Source of the DNA: Octopus vulgaris
Lineage: Eukaryota
DNA length: 64,000 bases
Assembly: GCA_951406725.2 (NCBI GenBank)
Contig: OX597814.1
Location: 209,932,001 to 209,996,000, forward strand
Reading direction: 5' to 3'
The notes under the pieces are model-generated. The model searched no databases. It was not told the origin of the DNA and worked only from the letters and a program-made list of their open reading frames with translations. Every line of letters begins with the position of its first letter. Within the stretch, counting starts at the first letter, position 1. A program made the translations under genes and the position numbers. Below, one piece after another: positions 40,850 to 54,249 of this stretch.

Positions 40850-41800
40850 TTTCGCAATTTGACCTTGTACATGGATGACACCCTGGCACTCTCAAACCAT
40901 ATGAGCGGTCATGCAATGGCTAAATTTAAGCGGAATCTTACAAATAACTACATAGAATTCGGCTAAACAATAACTATTGCTAGTACCTTAAAGAAAATCA
41001 GCTTGAATGTAACATTAATCTTAGCCTCAACTAAGGAACTATATTCAGAGCTATTCTACCCAGCTTCCAACTGTAATTAGAGACTTAGTCACACGTATCA
41101 GCAGAGGTATCTTCAATCTATTAGCAAACAACGAGCAAGGTTTAACTGAATAGCACCCTAGAATAACGAAACACAGTGACTTTTCCGATAATTTAGTGTA
41201 ACTGGAATATCCACCACTGTACCGTCAAACCCATGGGAAAAGGCAGACAATTGCTTTAATATTCCATCTAAATGTATCTATCAATGTAGCTAGGATATAC
41301 ATGACGCTAATTAAAAGGTATTTTCCAAGAACTTTCATATACCATAAACTCTCTATTTTCCATAATGTGAACGTTAGGAACACGTGCTTAAGTAATATCG
41401 CTTCAAACATTGTACGGTTATTCAAAAGCATACATACCACGACATAATCATCACCTGTAACTTCCAAAATACTACCAATTACCCATTGTGAAAATCCTGC
41501 TTCTGAAATGTCGTGAGGCACCCTCAAACCATTCGAGGGTGTTAGGAGATACTCCACGGATATTAGAGGCAATGTTTTTTAAGACAATATACATTACATA
41601 TATTCACTCCTTTAGGTGTTGGAATAGTGAAAATTTACCCTGATCAACCCGCTTTATCTGGTGATTCTGGGAACATTGAAATTACTTTATTACCATCCAT
41701 CTGTGCTTCATTAATGGCGTCTCTTATTCACTTCGAGCTCGCAATTACCAAATTTACATTCGTGGGAAACTTTACATATTCCACTGGCCTGCAGTTTTCC
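40850..41800 (+). pseudogene. Penelope-like element RT to GIY-YIG remnant
   Basis: LYMDDTLALSNHMSGHAMAKFKRNL..FG*TITIASTLKKISLNVTL (decayed LYRDDGL..FGL.IT..FLDVTL), PTVIRDLVTRISRGIFNL, NVSINVARIYMTLIKRYFP, TCNFQNTTNYPL. Confidence 0.75.
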
Positions 41801-42190
41801 TACAATAAATAAATCTCTGTCTTATTATTGCCACCGGAGGTATGCCCTAATGAAAATCTAGTGACCGACCGCAAATAAATCAGGTATATCACCTAGCGAT
41901 CCTACGAGCCAACGGTGGATTTTAGAATTTCTGCTGCTGTACAGATTACAGAAAACTATCACTCATATTAGTCAGTGAAAATCCTATGTAACTTGGCACT
42001 ATTAAAAGTGTCAGACTACCACCTTGAATCTGTCGTCACTGAAATATCACAAACTACAGAATAAAGGGTAACTGACAGCAGCATGTTGCTTGCTCTAACA
42101 CGAGTAGCAGCCAAAGTAATAAATTAAATTCGCTCAAATATTACATCCCGCAGTATGCCGATAAATAGAAGCTTACAAGCTTCTGCCCTA

Positions 42191-42567
42191 TTACTTGTTT
42201 CAGTCATTTGACTGCGGCCATGCTGGAGCACCGCCTTTAATCAAGCAATTCGACCCCGGGACTTATTCTTTGTAAGCCCAGTACTTATTCTATCGGTCTC
42301 TTTTGCCGAACCGCTAAGTGACGGGGACATAAACACACCAGCATCGGTTGTCAAGCAATGCTAGGGGGGACAAACACAAACACACATACATATATATATA
42401 TATGCGACAGGCTTCTTTCAGTTTCCGTCTACCAAATCCACTCACAAGGCATTGGTCGGCCCGGGGCTATAGCAGAAGGCACTTGCCCAAGATGCCACGC
42501 AGTGGGACTGAACCCGGAACCATGTGGTTGGTTAGAAAGCTACTTACCACACAGCCACTCCTGCGCC
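42191..42567 (-). mobile_element. SINE family B, full length
   Basis: Near-identical to 14992-15403. Confidence 0.92.
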
Positions 42568-42703
42568 TTATGTTTGCAAAACAAACGTAACACCTAAACA
42601 GAACGACTTTCAGCTAGAGTAGTACATTAAATATGTCTAAAATATCTCTACACTTTTCGGAACGTGATACAGGCGTGTTATGAGCGTATTCGAAGTACAA
42701 ATA

Positions 42704-42762
<59 letters not shown>

Positions 42763-43294
42763 TTATATATATAAATATAATTTCCAGGAATTAGGAAGAA
42801 AGCTAGCTTAAAGGAATCCCTAATAAATATTTAAAAAATCAACTTCCAGGGACGATAGTAGTTTACTGAAACGGAATGTTGTGGATTTTTTTCATATCGA
42901 AATATGATAAACTGACTGAATCTTCCATGCGTTAAAAATGTACCTCCATGCGACAATGTAAACTTTCATTTAATCTAGATATCCTTGGCCTGAAAAGTAG
43001 CCTGCGTTATACACCTCGCTTGGATATTTACCATTTCTGAGGTTCCGCTCGCTATGAAGCATATGTAGCCCGAATCTTATCTACTCCATCCTGTAACTCT
43101 TGTATATATATATATATAAATATATATATATGTGTGTATACACACAAACTATGGGGGTTTAGTTCACAGGTGACCTAAACGATTAAGTACGCTAGGTAAG
43201 TGCTGTAAGGAATTACTAAGGCTCCAAGGTTATAGCCGAGACGGTAGCTGTGGAGTCATTGCAGATTTCCGATATTTATACGTATAGTACAAAT

Positions 43295-43663
43295 CGTGAT
43301 GGAAGGGCCTGTCTAACTCAGCTCCTCCATAACTTTGATGACATCTTAAATGCACTAGATGAGGGCTCCAACGCGGATGTCATATATCTTGATTTCAGCA
43401 ATGCCTTCGACAAAGTCGACCACAATATATGGTTAAGGAAACTATCCAACGCTGGAGTCAGTGGAAAGCTACCTCGATAGATTAGGTATTTCCTAACAAA
43501 CAGGACCCAGCATGTTGTGGTTGATGACATCCATTCAAGACCATCATCACTCATCAGTGGAGTCCCGCAGGTTACTGTGCTGGGTTGATTTCTTTTTATT
43601 GTTTATAACAATGACGTTGCAGATTCCATTGAACATAGCACCATTAAAATATTTGCAGATGAC
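43295..43663 (+). pseudogene. CR1-type LINE reverse transcriptase fragment
   Basis: GRACLTQLL..DVIYLDFSNAFDKVDH..FLTNRTQHVVV..SGVPQVTVLG..IKIFADD. Confidence 0.9.
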
Positions 43664-43665
43664 TA

Positions 43666-44325
<660 letters not shown>

Positions 44326-46537
44326 TCCCTCTTTTCATTATTGAAAGCATTTTATTTTATCAACACTTATTAAGACGTTTGAAAACATAGACTGAACCAT
44401 TTGCCATAGCTTATCTCATATATGTAGTAGCTCGATGTAATTTATTACAAAATATTTACCCTAATATTAGGAAGCATTTTGATGCTGGAACACAGTCAAC
44501 TGGAAACGCCAGACGTTCAATACAATAAATCTCACTCATATTCTAATTATTACATCAAATATACTCATACTTTGCGTTAAATGGTGTGATGAAATATTGC
44601 TGGTACATATTCCGAAAATTTTTATAAAAGCTTTTAGATATGAAAGAGGATATATAAATTTTAATAGTTATATATTAGAAAAAGGAAACAATAAATATTG
44701 ATATACTGAAATTAAATGTAAATAATTTTGAAAAAAAGCAAACAAAATGAAAATAGTTGAAACCTACCTTTTGATCAGAAAAGTGTCTGTGAAATTCCAT
44801 TTTCTTTTTTATTTAGTCTTAGAGATGTTAAATTTCCAAAATATGATAATTACCTCTACTCCATAATGGCTCTTCATTAATAGAATTTTCAAATTCTTCA
44901 TGAAAATCGGGTGAATTGTTAGGCTGAGCAATTTCCACAACGATACATTTTAAAACACCAACTTGAATGTCCGAAGTTCTTTGTAAAGGTTCCATAAAAT
45001 TTTGCATAGTTTGGAATAATTTCGTGATAAAATGTTCGATATTTTGTTTTTTCAAGATGAACAACAGGAATTGATGAAAAATTTGCATTATATCTTATAG
45101 TATTTTCTTGTTTTCGAAATGATAAAAAATGCTTTCCATTTCATCTACGTTATAAATCAATTATTTGGGAATGTAAAATGAAGTTGTCTGAAGCATAGAT
45201 ACGATATGAATTACATTTTTTATGAGCTGCAAGTCAAAACACCAAGTGAAAACAATTATTAGAATGGTAAAACATCATTATGAATAGACATACTGCGTTG
45301 GATCAGCGATATCCAAAGAGTAACTGAAAGATAAGAATGTTCATTACATAGCATTCATAAACAGTAGTTTTGAACTGCAATGATCAGGTTCATATGAAAA
45401 GAGAGAAGAGAATATGCATACAATTATTTCAGTGAAAGAGGTATATTATATATTACATATCATGTGTTATACATTATATGTTTACATATATGTTTACATA
45501 TGTGTTGTGCGTGCATGTGTGTGCATATATATTATATATAAATACTTATATAAATACTTATATAAATACCTATTTATATATATATATATATACACGCACA
45601 TATACACACAGAAACTGTCGGATGTTGTCATACATCGCTTGCCACAATGCGCTTCCGCATCGTTTTAGCTTTTGAAGAATGTCATCCACATATATAATAC
45701 CAACATATATATATATATATATTTAACATTTATCTTCCTTATACATATGCATGATATAAATGTATATAATTTCATTAATTTCTTAACAGTTCGAACCCGT
45801 AAGAAGGAGATTCACTGCTATTTCTGATGGAGGAATATTTTCGCCGTAGACAAAATGGTGTAAACACATCATTTCGAAGCGCCCTCTTCCGGCTTGTTGA
45901 ATGCATGCATTTCGAATTGTTTATCTTCTCATCGGTATCAAACTAACGAAAAGGGGAGGCAACTCCGAATTGACAAAGTGACGAGGTTCCTCTTATAAGG
46001 AACCAATGAATGTGTTTCGACTGATGGCGCTTGTCGGTTGCCACACTGTAGTAAAATACATATAAAAGGCACTAAGTAGTGAACGCGATGAATATAAAGT
46101 TCTTATCATTTCAAATATGTCTCGGAAATATCGACTCTTATCTTCAAGGTTTGATACAGACGAAAAGATAATCAATTCGAATTACATGCAACCACCAATA
46201 CGCAAGAGAGTGCGTCGACTAACCACATTTTTTGCAGCAAGGATATTTTCCATGACAAACAGCTATGAATAGACTTCTTACATGTTCTAAAATATCTCAG
46301 ACATAGCTTAAACCCGTACACATTTTATATTGATTCCAATCAGTGTTCAGAGTGTCTAATCCGTGTATAATTATATTGTAATAAATATATTATACCTGCA
46401 AAAAATATATACAATATATACACGTATATATATATATGTATACATAGATGTCTCAATGCATCCGTATATACATAACACTATGAATATATGTACATATATC
46501 ATGTATTACACACACACATATATATACACATACACAC

Positions 46538-46579
<42 letters not shown>

Positions 46580-46582
<3 letters not shown>

Positions 46583-47438
46583 GATAGAGTACCCGAAAGA
46601 AACCGGAATTATGCAGTATTAATTTATTCACTTAGTTTTACATGTTCTCACTTTTATCGCCTTAAAAGTATTATCTATTTGAATCAATGCATCGGATCGG
46701 ACGTATTTTCCACTGTTCGAAGTAACAAATTGATGCCTTCTAACGCCTCCGTCGATTTTTCCTCATCACTTCCAAATCTGCAAATTCCGTAGCACCAGTG
46801 TTGACCTTCGAGAAAAAGTTTCGGATCAACTTCCAGCTGTCCTTTCAGTTCATGATAGGCATTCAGTTACGACAGCTTTTGATTGTCTGTTAGCAAGCGC
46901 GGCACATATTTTGCTGAAAATCATTTCATACGCAATTCCTCGCTCACAAGTCATTTGCAGGAGTTATAGAACACACCAGTCACATCAACAATTTCGTCAA
47001 CTGTACGGTGATTGTCCTCCAATTTCTATGATAATTTCATTCGTTGAAGATGTTGACGGTCGCCTTGAACGAGGTTCGTTCTCCAGCGACAAGTGACCAT
47101 TCTTAAAGTGTGGAAACCATTTGTAAACGTGTGTTTTGCTTATGACAGCGCCCTTATAAGCTGTTTGGTGCATGACAACTGTTTCGGTGACCGTTTTCCC
47201 CAACAGTAAAGAGAATTTCACGGAAGCATGCTGTTCCTTCTTATCAGTCTACTCAAAAATCTAAGAGCAGCGGAGTATCACAGCAAAACAAAAACACACT
47301 ACGTTGCAGAAGGACTACTCTCGACGACTTCGGTCCGCTGAATGTAGACTAATGTTCACACCAAGTGCCAGAAGCCTGAACTACAGCGGGCTTGTCCCAC
47401 AGAGAACATGTCTGGTTCCTTTTATGTACCCTATCGAG
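46580..47438 (-). mobile_element. Mariner transposon, internally deleted, with TIRs and TA TSD
   Basis: TIRs CACGATAGAGTAC..AAAGAAACCGGA and TCTGGTTCCTTTTATGTACCCTATCGAG, TA on both sides. HTH region LGKTVTETVVM..AYKGAVISKTHVYKWF..FKNG..LENEPRSRRPSTS. C-terminal FEQWKIR..RCIDS. Confidence 0.9.
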
Positions 47439-47527
47439 TATATATATATATATGCACACATACACGCATACATGTATATAGACATACATACATTTGTGTG
47501 TGTATTTGTATAAAATTTTCCAAAGGA

Positions 47528-47576
47528 AATGTTTACAGTGGTTTCTGATTTCAGCTTGCATGCCTTCATCAGATTG
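47528..47576 (-). ncRNA. Degenerate hammerhead motif related to 32530
   Basis: Minus strand shares TCTGATGAAGG and AGAAACCACTGTAA with the 32530 motif. Stems poorly paired. Confidence 0.5.
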
Positions 47577-47917
47577 TGCTTTACTTTCGTGTTTATTGGT
47601 TTTGTATAGTCTTTGGCAAACAGTTATTTGTCGGGGTATTATGCGGATGTAAGTGAATGATAATCTGTAGTGGCGTAGACAGACTGCAGATAAGTAGAAA
47701 GATAAAGGATGTCAAGAGTAAAGTATATATTTATGCAATATAGCATCATAAATATGGTGAGGAAATATATTTTGGTTTCATGAAGGACATTTGTTATTGT
47801 TTAAAGATCATCCAAACCAGTAAGTAAAGGTATAAACAAATTCTAGTTAGGGTATTCTTCGCTCTTAGACTGTTAAATGTTATTGAGTTTTAATGTTGAT
47901 AAGTTATAGGTTATACT

Positions 47918-48081
47918 GTGACTGTGTGGTAAGTAGCTTGCTTACCAACCACATGGTTCCGGGTTCAGTTCCACTGCGTGGCACCTTGGTCAAGTGTCTT
48001 CTACTATAGTCTCGGGCCGACCAAAGCCTTGTGGGTGTATTTTGTAGACGGAAACTGAAAGAAGCCCGTCGTATATATATG

Positions 48082-48158
<77 letters not shown>

Positions 48159-48370
48159 GTGTGTTTGTGCGTTTGTGTTTGTCCTCCCAACATCGCTTGG
48201 CAACCGATGCTGGTGTGTTTACGTCCCCGTAACTTAGCGGTTCAGCAAAAGAGACCGATAGAATAAGTACTAGGCTTACATAGAATAAGTATTCGGGTCG
48301 ATTTGCTCGACTAAAGGCAGTGCCCCAGCATGGCCACAGTCACATGACTGAAACAAGTAAAAGTGTAAAA
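47918..48370 (+). mobile_element. SINE family B
   Basis: Full body with internal TA/TG repeat and GACTGAAACAAGTAAAAG tail. Confidence 0.92.
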
Positions 48371-48893
48371 TAGTTTTTAAACTAATATGAAGAAATGTTT
48401 AAAGCGGCTATTTTGGTAAAATTAGGATTGAAAGGACTATGTTGCAATAAGGAAATATTAGGATTTTTACCTGTTCCTAAGGAGTCTATTTGTTTCTATA
48501 TGTTCTTATTATATATAACTACAAGTTGTTACCTATTCATCCAGATGAATGCATTAAGGATTTTTGCATACATTCGTATAGATAGATATATAGATAATAC
48601 ATACATACATATGTACGTATGTAAGTATGTATGTATGTATGTATGTATGTATGTATGTATGTATGTATGTATGTATGTATGTATGTATGTATGTATGTAT
48701 GTATGTATGTATGTATGTTTGTAAGTAGGTAGGTATGTATGTATGCATGTATGTATGCATGCATGTATAGGTATCTTTACACGCTTTTTGAGCTGAAAAT
48801 ATGTACATAAAAATTGTTTATATATATCATATACTTATATGCATAGGTAAATACATATGCATCTATAAATAATTCTAATACATATAATTATAA

Positions 48894-48944
<51 letters not shown>

Positions 48945-49666
48945 TATATATGCTTACTAATATATGCATATTACATATATACATGTAGAAGAACAAAGCA
49001 AAATAGAAAACATGTTTGTAAATAGTGAATATTTAAATATTAAAATACATAAACGTATGCATCTCAAATGTTCCTCCAAGTCTGCAATGAGAAGACAATA
49101 AACATGATGTATATATATATATATAAAAAACAAGAAGCGTACATATTGCATGGTTCATGGCCCAAATGCTAATGCCTTTTCGAATTTCCATCATATTAAT
49201 AATGCGTATGTATGAACATTTTGGTAAAATTTACTTAAAGTTGTTACACCTTGAAACGATTTTAAATGTAGATTAACTTAATCATAATGCATATGTGTGT
49301 GTGTGTGTGTGTGTGTGTAAGGAAGGTTCACTGATCTCTGCTGGTGAGAAGGGATGTGTAATATCTGCCAGCCTAATGACCCTTAAAATTTAAGTAGGTA
49401 ACTAAATGCCTAGAAAACTTGATACGTCACCAATACAATAAAGGAATTTTAAATGAATAATTAGAGTACGAAAATGCTTTTTCATATCTGCCTCTAATTA
49501 TATGTGTTGACTTAATACAGTTTATTGAAACAGAATGCATTAAAAGGCTATTTATGATTTTAACCGTATTTGAAAGCAACTGTTGTTCAAAACTATCCCT
49601 TGGTCCAATCTTTGTATCTCCAGCTGTCTGTTCTCTATTTATTTCACGTATAGCATACCATATTCT

Positions 49667-49746
<80 letters not shown>

Positions 49747-50356
49747 AACACATTTTTTTTGCTTTAATCTATCAACTTTACTTTCTTTCCTCTCCCTTTC
49801 ATATCTTTCATCCTCTTCTTATCTATCTCTAAACTAAGACCCAGCATTTTAATTAATAAAATACAAATATATTTATTCTACATATCCATTCTTTAATAAT
49901 CATACAAATCTAGTACTATGACTTATTGGTCTTCCATACATTGTATATGTATAAAAAACAATTTTGTATGCTTGCGTAGAGTTGAAGCATTGGTGAAATC
50001 ATGATGTTCTGCTCGTCTGGAGAGCTATACATCTATATCTGCATTGATTTGTAAATATACAATTGCACAGTGCAATGTGGAACATGCATATTGGAGCAGA
50101 AATGTAAATTAATCTGTCATAAATTATCATCATTATTGCACGATGAAGACTACGAAACGGCTGTAACCGTATGGATATCAAATGGGTAAATAAATTTATT
50201 CATCTCTTATACCTCTCGACACTTTATGGTCTATATCACCCTCATGAAGTAATTTCATCTATTGAATATCCTGAATTTCAGCTGTACACAAAAATACATG
50301 CATACATACATAGATACATAGATATAAATAAATATATATGTATATATCTATGTATA

Positions 50357-50390
<34 letters not shown>

Positions 50391-50439
50391 CTTATTTATA
50401 TATATATTTACTTATTTATTTATATATATATTTACTTAC

Positions 50440-50470
<31 letters not shown>

Positions 50471-50736
50471 GAGTGGTTGTATACTGTCAACTTAACGTGA
50501 CAGTCCCGTAAGGGTATTACACCACCGCTATTTAGCCCTAGGAAGCATCGACGCTTCCTGTCGGCCTTGACATAATTCCTGTGTCCTTATATATTTACGA
50601 AGGGGAGGACACATATATAAGGACACAGGAAATGTGTCAAGGCCGACAGGAAACGTCGATGCTTCCTAGGGCTAAATAGCGGTGGTGTAATTCCCTTACG
50701 GGACTGTCACGTTAAGTTGACAGTATACAACCACTC
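50471..50736. repeat. 266-bp fold-back element (124-bp arms, 18-nt spacer), TA-flanked; MITE-like
   Basis: 50471-50594 vs 50613-50736 have 4 mismatches. TA at 50469-50470 and 50737-50738. Confidence 0.92.
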
Positions 50737-50792
50737 TATCGCTACACCATCGCACATATCTCTATGAGATATTTAGAAATTAAATATTTCTG

Positions 50793-51030
50793 ATTTATTT
50801 ATTTATTTATTGTTTATTGGTTTCAGCTCAAAGCCGTGGCCATGCTGGGGCCCTGCTGTTTTGCTGCACTGTTATTATTGAAACCTCTTCTGATTTGTGG
50901 CATTTGGTGAATAACGGAGATTGATGTCGCAAACTTCATTTGCACCGCGTGCCGCGAGATAAGTTCATCTGGGAATCTAGACAGGAAGAGATCCAGTTTT
51001 GATTTGAAAACACCTACATCCACTTTGCAT
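50793..51030 (-). mobile_element. CR1-type LINE 3' end with (AAAT)n tail
   Basis: [27 protein letters not shown] is typical of the ORF2 C-terminus. Short 3' UTR, then AATAAACAATAAATAAATAAAT. Confidence 0.8.
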
Positions 51031-51143
51031 GTATGTATGTATGTATGTATGTATGTATGTATGTATGTATGTATGTATGTATGTATGTACGTATGTATGT
51101 ATGTATGCATGTATGTATGTAGGTGTGTATGTATATATGCATG

Positions 51144-51216
<73 letters not shown>

Positions 51217-51400
51217 GTTTATGTGTGCGTGTATGTATGATGCTAGAATAATTGGATAATTAAATAGAATTATAGTCGCAAGTATAAAAGATAAATAGTT
51301 ATATTTATCTAGGAATCTATCTACCTACGTATCTACCTATCTAAACACTTCTCACTTTGTCTGTTAGCCTGGCTTTACCTTTGTCTGTCTGTTTCTCTTT

Positions 51401-51432
<32 letters not shown>

Positions 51433-52192
51433 ATATACGTATAATATATGTATATATGTAAATATTTTATATATTGTACACCCCCCATACGTGTGTGCGT
51501 GTGTGCCTATGTGTGTATATGTATGTGCGTATTGGGGTATGACTTACTCATAGAACTGCACGAAGTAAATTTTCATAGAGTAAAGATTTTTTTGTGAATG
51601 CGAAACCTTCAAACCTCAAAATAACCGATAACGGTATTAAGAAATTTCATAATGAAAAATTTATCAGTTCGCCATTTATTAATAAATCTTAAATTCTGAT
51701 ACAAATAGTTGCAGCTATAGAAAAGGGTAACGTCATTTCTAAACGATTAAGTAACCCCTGAAAAGTATATCTTACTGAACTTTGTATGACGGATTTCTTT
51801 TGCAATTCTTTCGGGCTTCACTATATACAACACATCCTAATTGTAATTCTTGCTGAACTAATCCTGTCTGAGTTAAACTATTTTGAAATCTCGTCTGCAG
51901 TATATGTGAATTATGCTTAATGGTAAGATCAACAACATAATTACTCCATCTAGTGAGAGATAAATATCACTAAATAAACACAATATATGTTTGTATCTGC
52001 TTCTATTAGTTTCTCTAAATCAGCTTTAGACACATTAAGAGCGACTGATTTTAAGGCCTAACAAATCGAGAAACATTCAAAAGGTCTAAAGTTGGATTTT
52101 TAGATGTTTTCCTGGACATAATAACTTTTTATAAACACGGCCATAAGCCCAACAATAAATTTTCGTATATATACAAACAGTATATATATATA

Positions 52193-52557
52193 GGCGCAGG
52201 AGTGGCTGTGTGGTAAGTAGCTTGCTTACCAACCACATGGTTCCGGGTTCAGTCCCACTGTGTGACCTTGTGAGTGGATTTGGAAACTCAAAGAAACCTG
52301 TCGTATATATGTATATATATATATGTGTTTGTGTGTATGTTTGTGTGTCTGTGTTTGTCCCCCTAGCATTGCTTGACAACCGATGCTGGTATATTTATGT
52401 CCCCGTCACTGAGAGTTTCGGCAAAAGAGACCGATAGAATGAGTACTGGGCTTACAAAGAATAAGTCCCGGGGTCGATTTGCTCGACTAAAGGCGGTACT
52501 CCAGCATGGCCGCAGTCAAATGACTTGAACAAGTAAAAGAGAAAAAGAGTAAAGAGA
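52193..52557 (+). mobile_element. SINE family B (internal deletion) nested in PLE
   Basis: GGCGCAGGAGTGGCTGTGTGG head to AGTAAAAGAG tail. Confidence 0.92.
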
Positions 52558-52712
52558 GTCTTGTCACCCCACTGTAGTTTTTATAAGATTGATAGCTAAC
52601 ATTAGTAACAAAGTATTCAACCTCTCTTCCGCTAAAGAAAATTTCGAGAAGTCAGCTCACCACTACTACAACAATAGTGACTTTAAGGATGAATTAATAC
52701 ATAATTCCTATT

Positions 52713-52879
52713 GGCGCAGGAGTGGCTTATAGGCGGTGAAGTGGGTGTGTGGTAAGTAGCTTGATTACCAACCACTTGCTAGTGTGTTCAGTCCCACTGC
52801 GTGGCACCTTGGTCAAGAGTCTTCTAGTGTAGTCTCGGGCCGACCAAAGACTTTGGTAGTCGGAAACTAAAAGAAGCCC

Positions 52880-52963
<84 letters not shown>

Positions 52964-53215
52964 TATATACACATACATATATATGTATATATGTGTGAAT
53001 GTTTGTGTGTCGGTGTTTGTCGCCCCACTATCGCTTGACAACCGATGCTGGTGTGTTTACGTCCTCGTAACTTAGAGGTTCGGCAAATGTGACCGATAGA
53101 ATATGTACTGGACTTACAAAGAATAAGTTCTGGGATAGATTTGTTCAAATAAAGATGGTCCTCCAGCATAGCCTCAGTCAAATGACTGAAACAAATGGAA
53201 GAGTAAAAAGAGAGG
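52713..53215 (+). mobile_element. SINE family B nested in PLE, preceded by a 15-nt extra head stub
   Basis: GGCGCAGGAGTGGCT (52713-52727), then a second head from about 52732. Confidence 0.88.
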
Positions 53216-53971
53216 AGTATACAACCACTCTAATAAAAATACGAATAATGGTAATAGACATAAAAGTAAACCTAGGAAACGAACAGTTTCCAGAAAATCA
53301 CAGGAACAGGAAAATATTTAATAGGCACCCAGTGAAATTATCATATAGCTACTGACCCAATATGAATACGCATCATTAGAGTCGAACAACACAAAGTGCC
53401 CACTCCTAGTTGTAACTGTCGAGATCTAGGAACCTGCCCACTCGACCAGTGATGTATCGTTACATCCATCATATATGAGGCAGAAGTTCCAGCAACGCTA
53501 GATGATAACATATTCGATAAGGAGAGCTATATCGGGTTTATTGATGGTAACTTCAAAACTCGCTATGCTAATCACATAGCTTTCTTCCGACACAGGCCGC
53601 TAAGTTGGCCAGCCACATATGTGGTTTGGAGTTTAACGTCACACCACATATGATAAAGTGTAGAATAGTCGAAAAATTCACACCGTATGTCAACGGATAC
53701 AAAATGGAAGCTATGCGTAGTGGAAAGAACTCCGAAACTTTTTTTTGATCTAAGAAATGTATGACACTGCTGAATTCTACATTCAAAATTTTGAGCGGTT
53801 GTAAGCTCCATTTTAAAAGGTACTAATGTATACATATGGAACGTTGGCAAGTAATCCAATCAGCGAAAAGACAAAAATAGTGGGCGGAGCCTAAAGTAAG
53901 AAATGCACTTCCTACAATGTTAGTGTTAATGTATGTCATTAATTTGATAATACAAAAAATACTAGTACTAA

Positions 53972-54037
<66 letters not shown>

Positions 54038-54249
54038 AGAAAGAGAGAGAGAGAGTTATGCTTTACATCTATAAACGGTAACGTGTACCGGCTTCAACCT
54101 ATGATTTTTATTATTGGTTAAACAAACATCAAAGTACTATAATGAATGGACAGTGTTAACATTCATTGAAACCTTTTATATCTTTGTTTATTATACGAGG
54201 ATATAAAAGAAATATATAATTATATACACAAGCAAGTATTAATAATACT

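Larger units (their letters stand above)
52080..53820 (+). pseudogene. Penelope-like element RT-thumb to GIY-YIG remnant interrupted by two SINEs
   Basis: KVGFLDVF; HKPNNKFSYIYKQ|SCHPTVVFIRLIANISNKVFNLSSAKENF; FPENHRNRKIFNRHPVKLSYS; CNCRDLGTCPLDQ*C..IIYEAEV..YIGFIDGNFKTRYANH. Confidence 0.88.
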
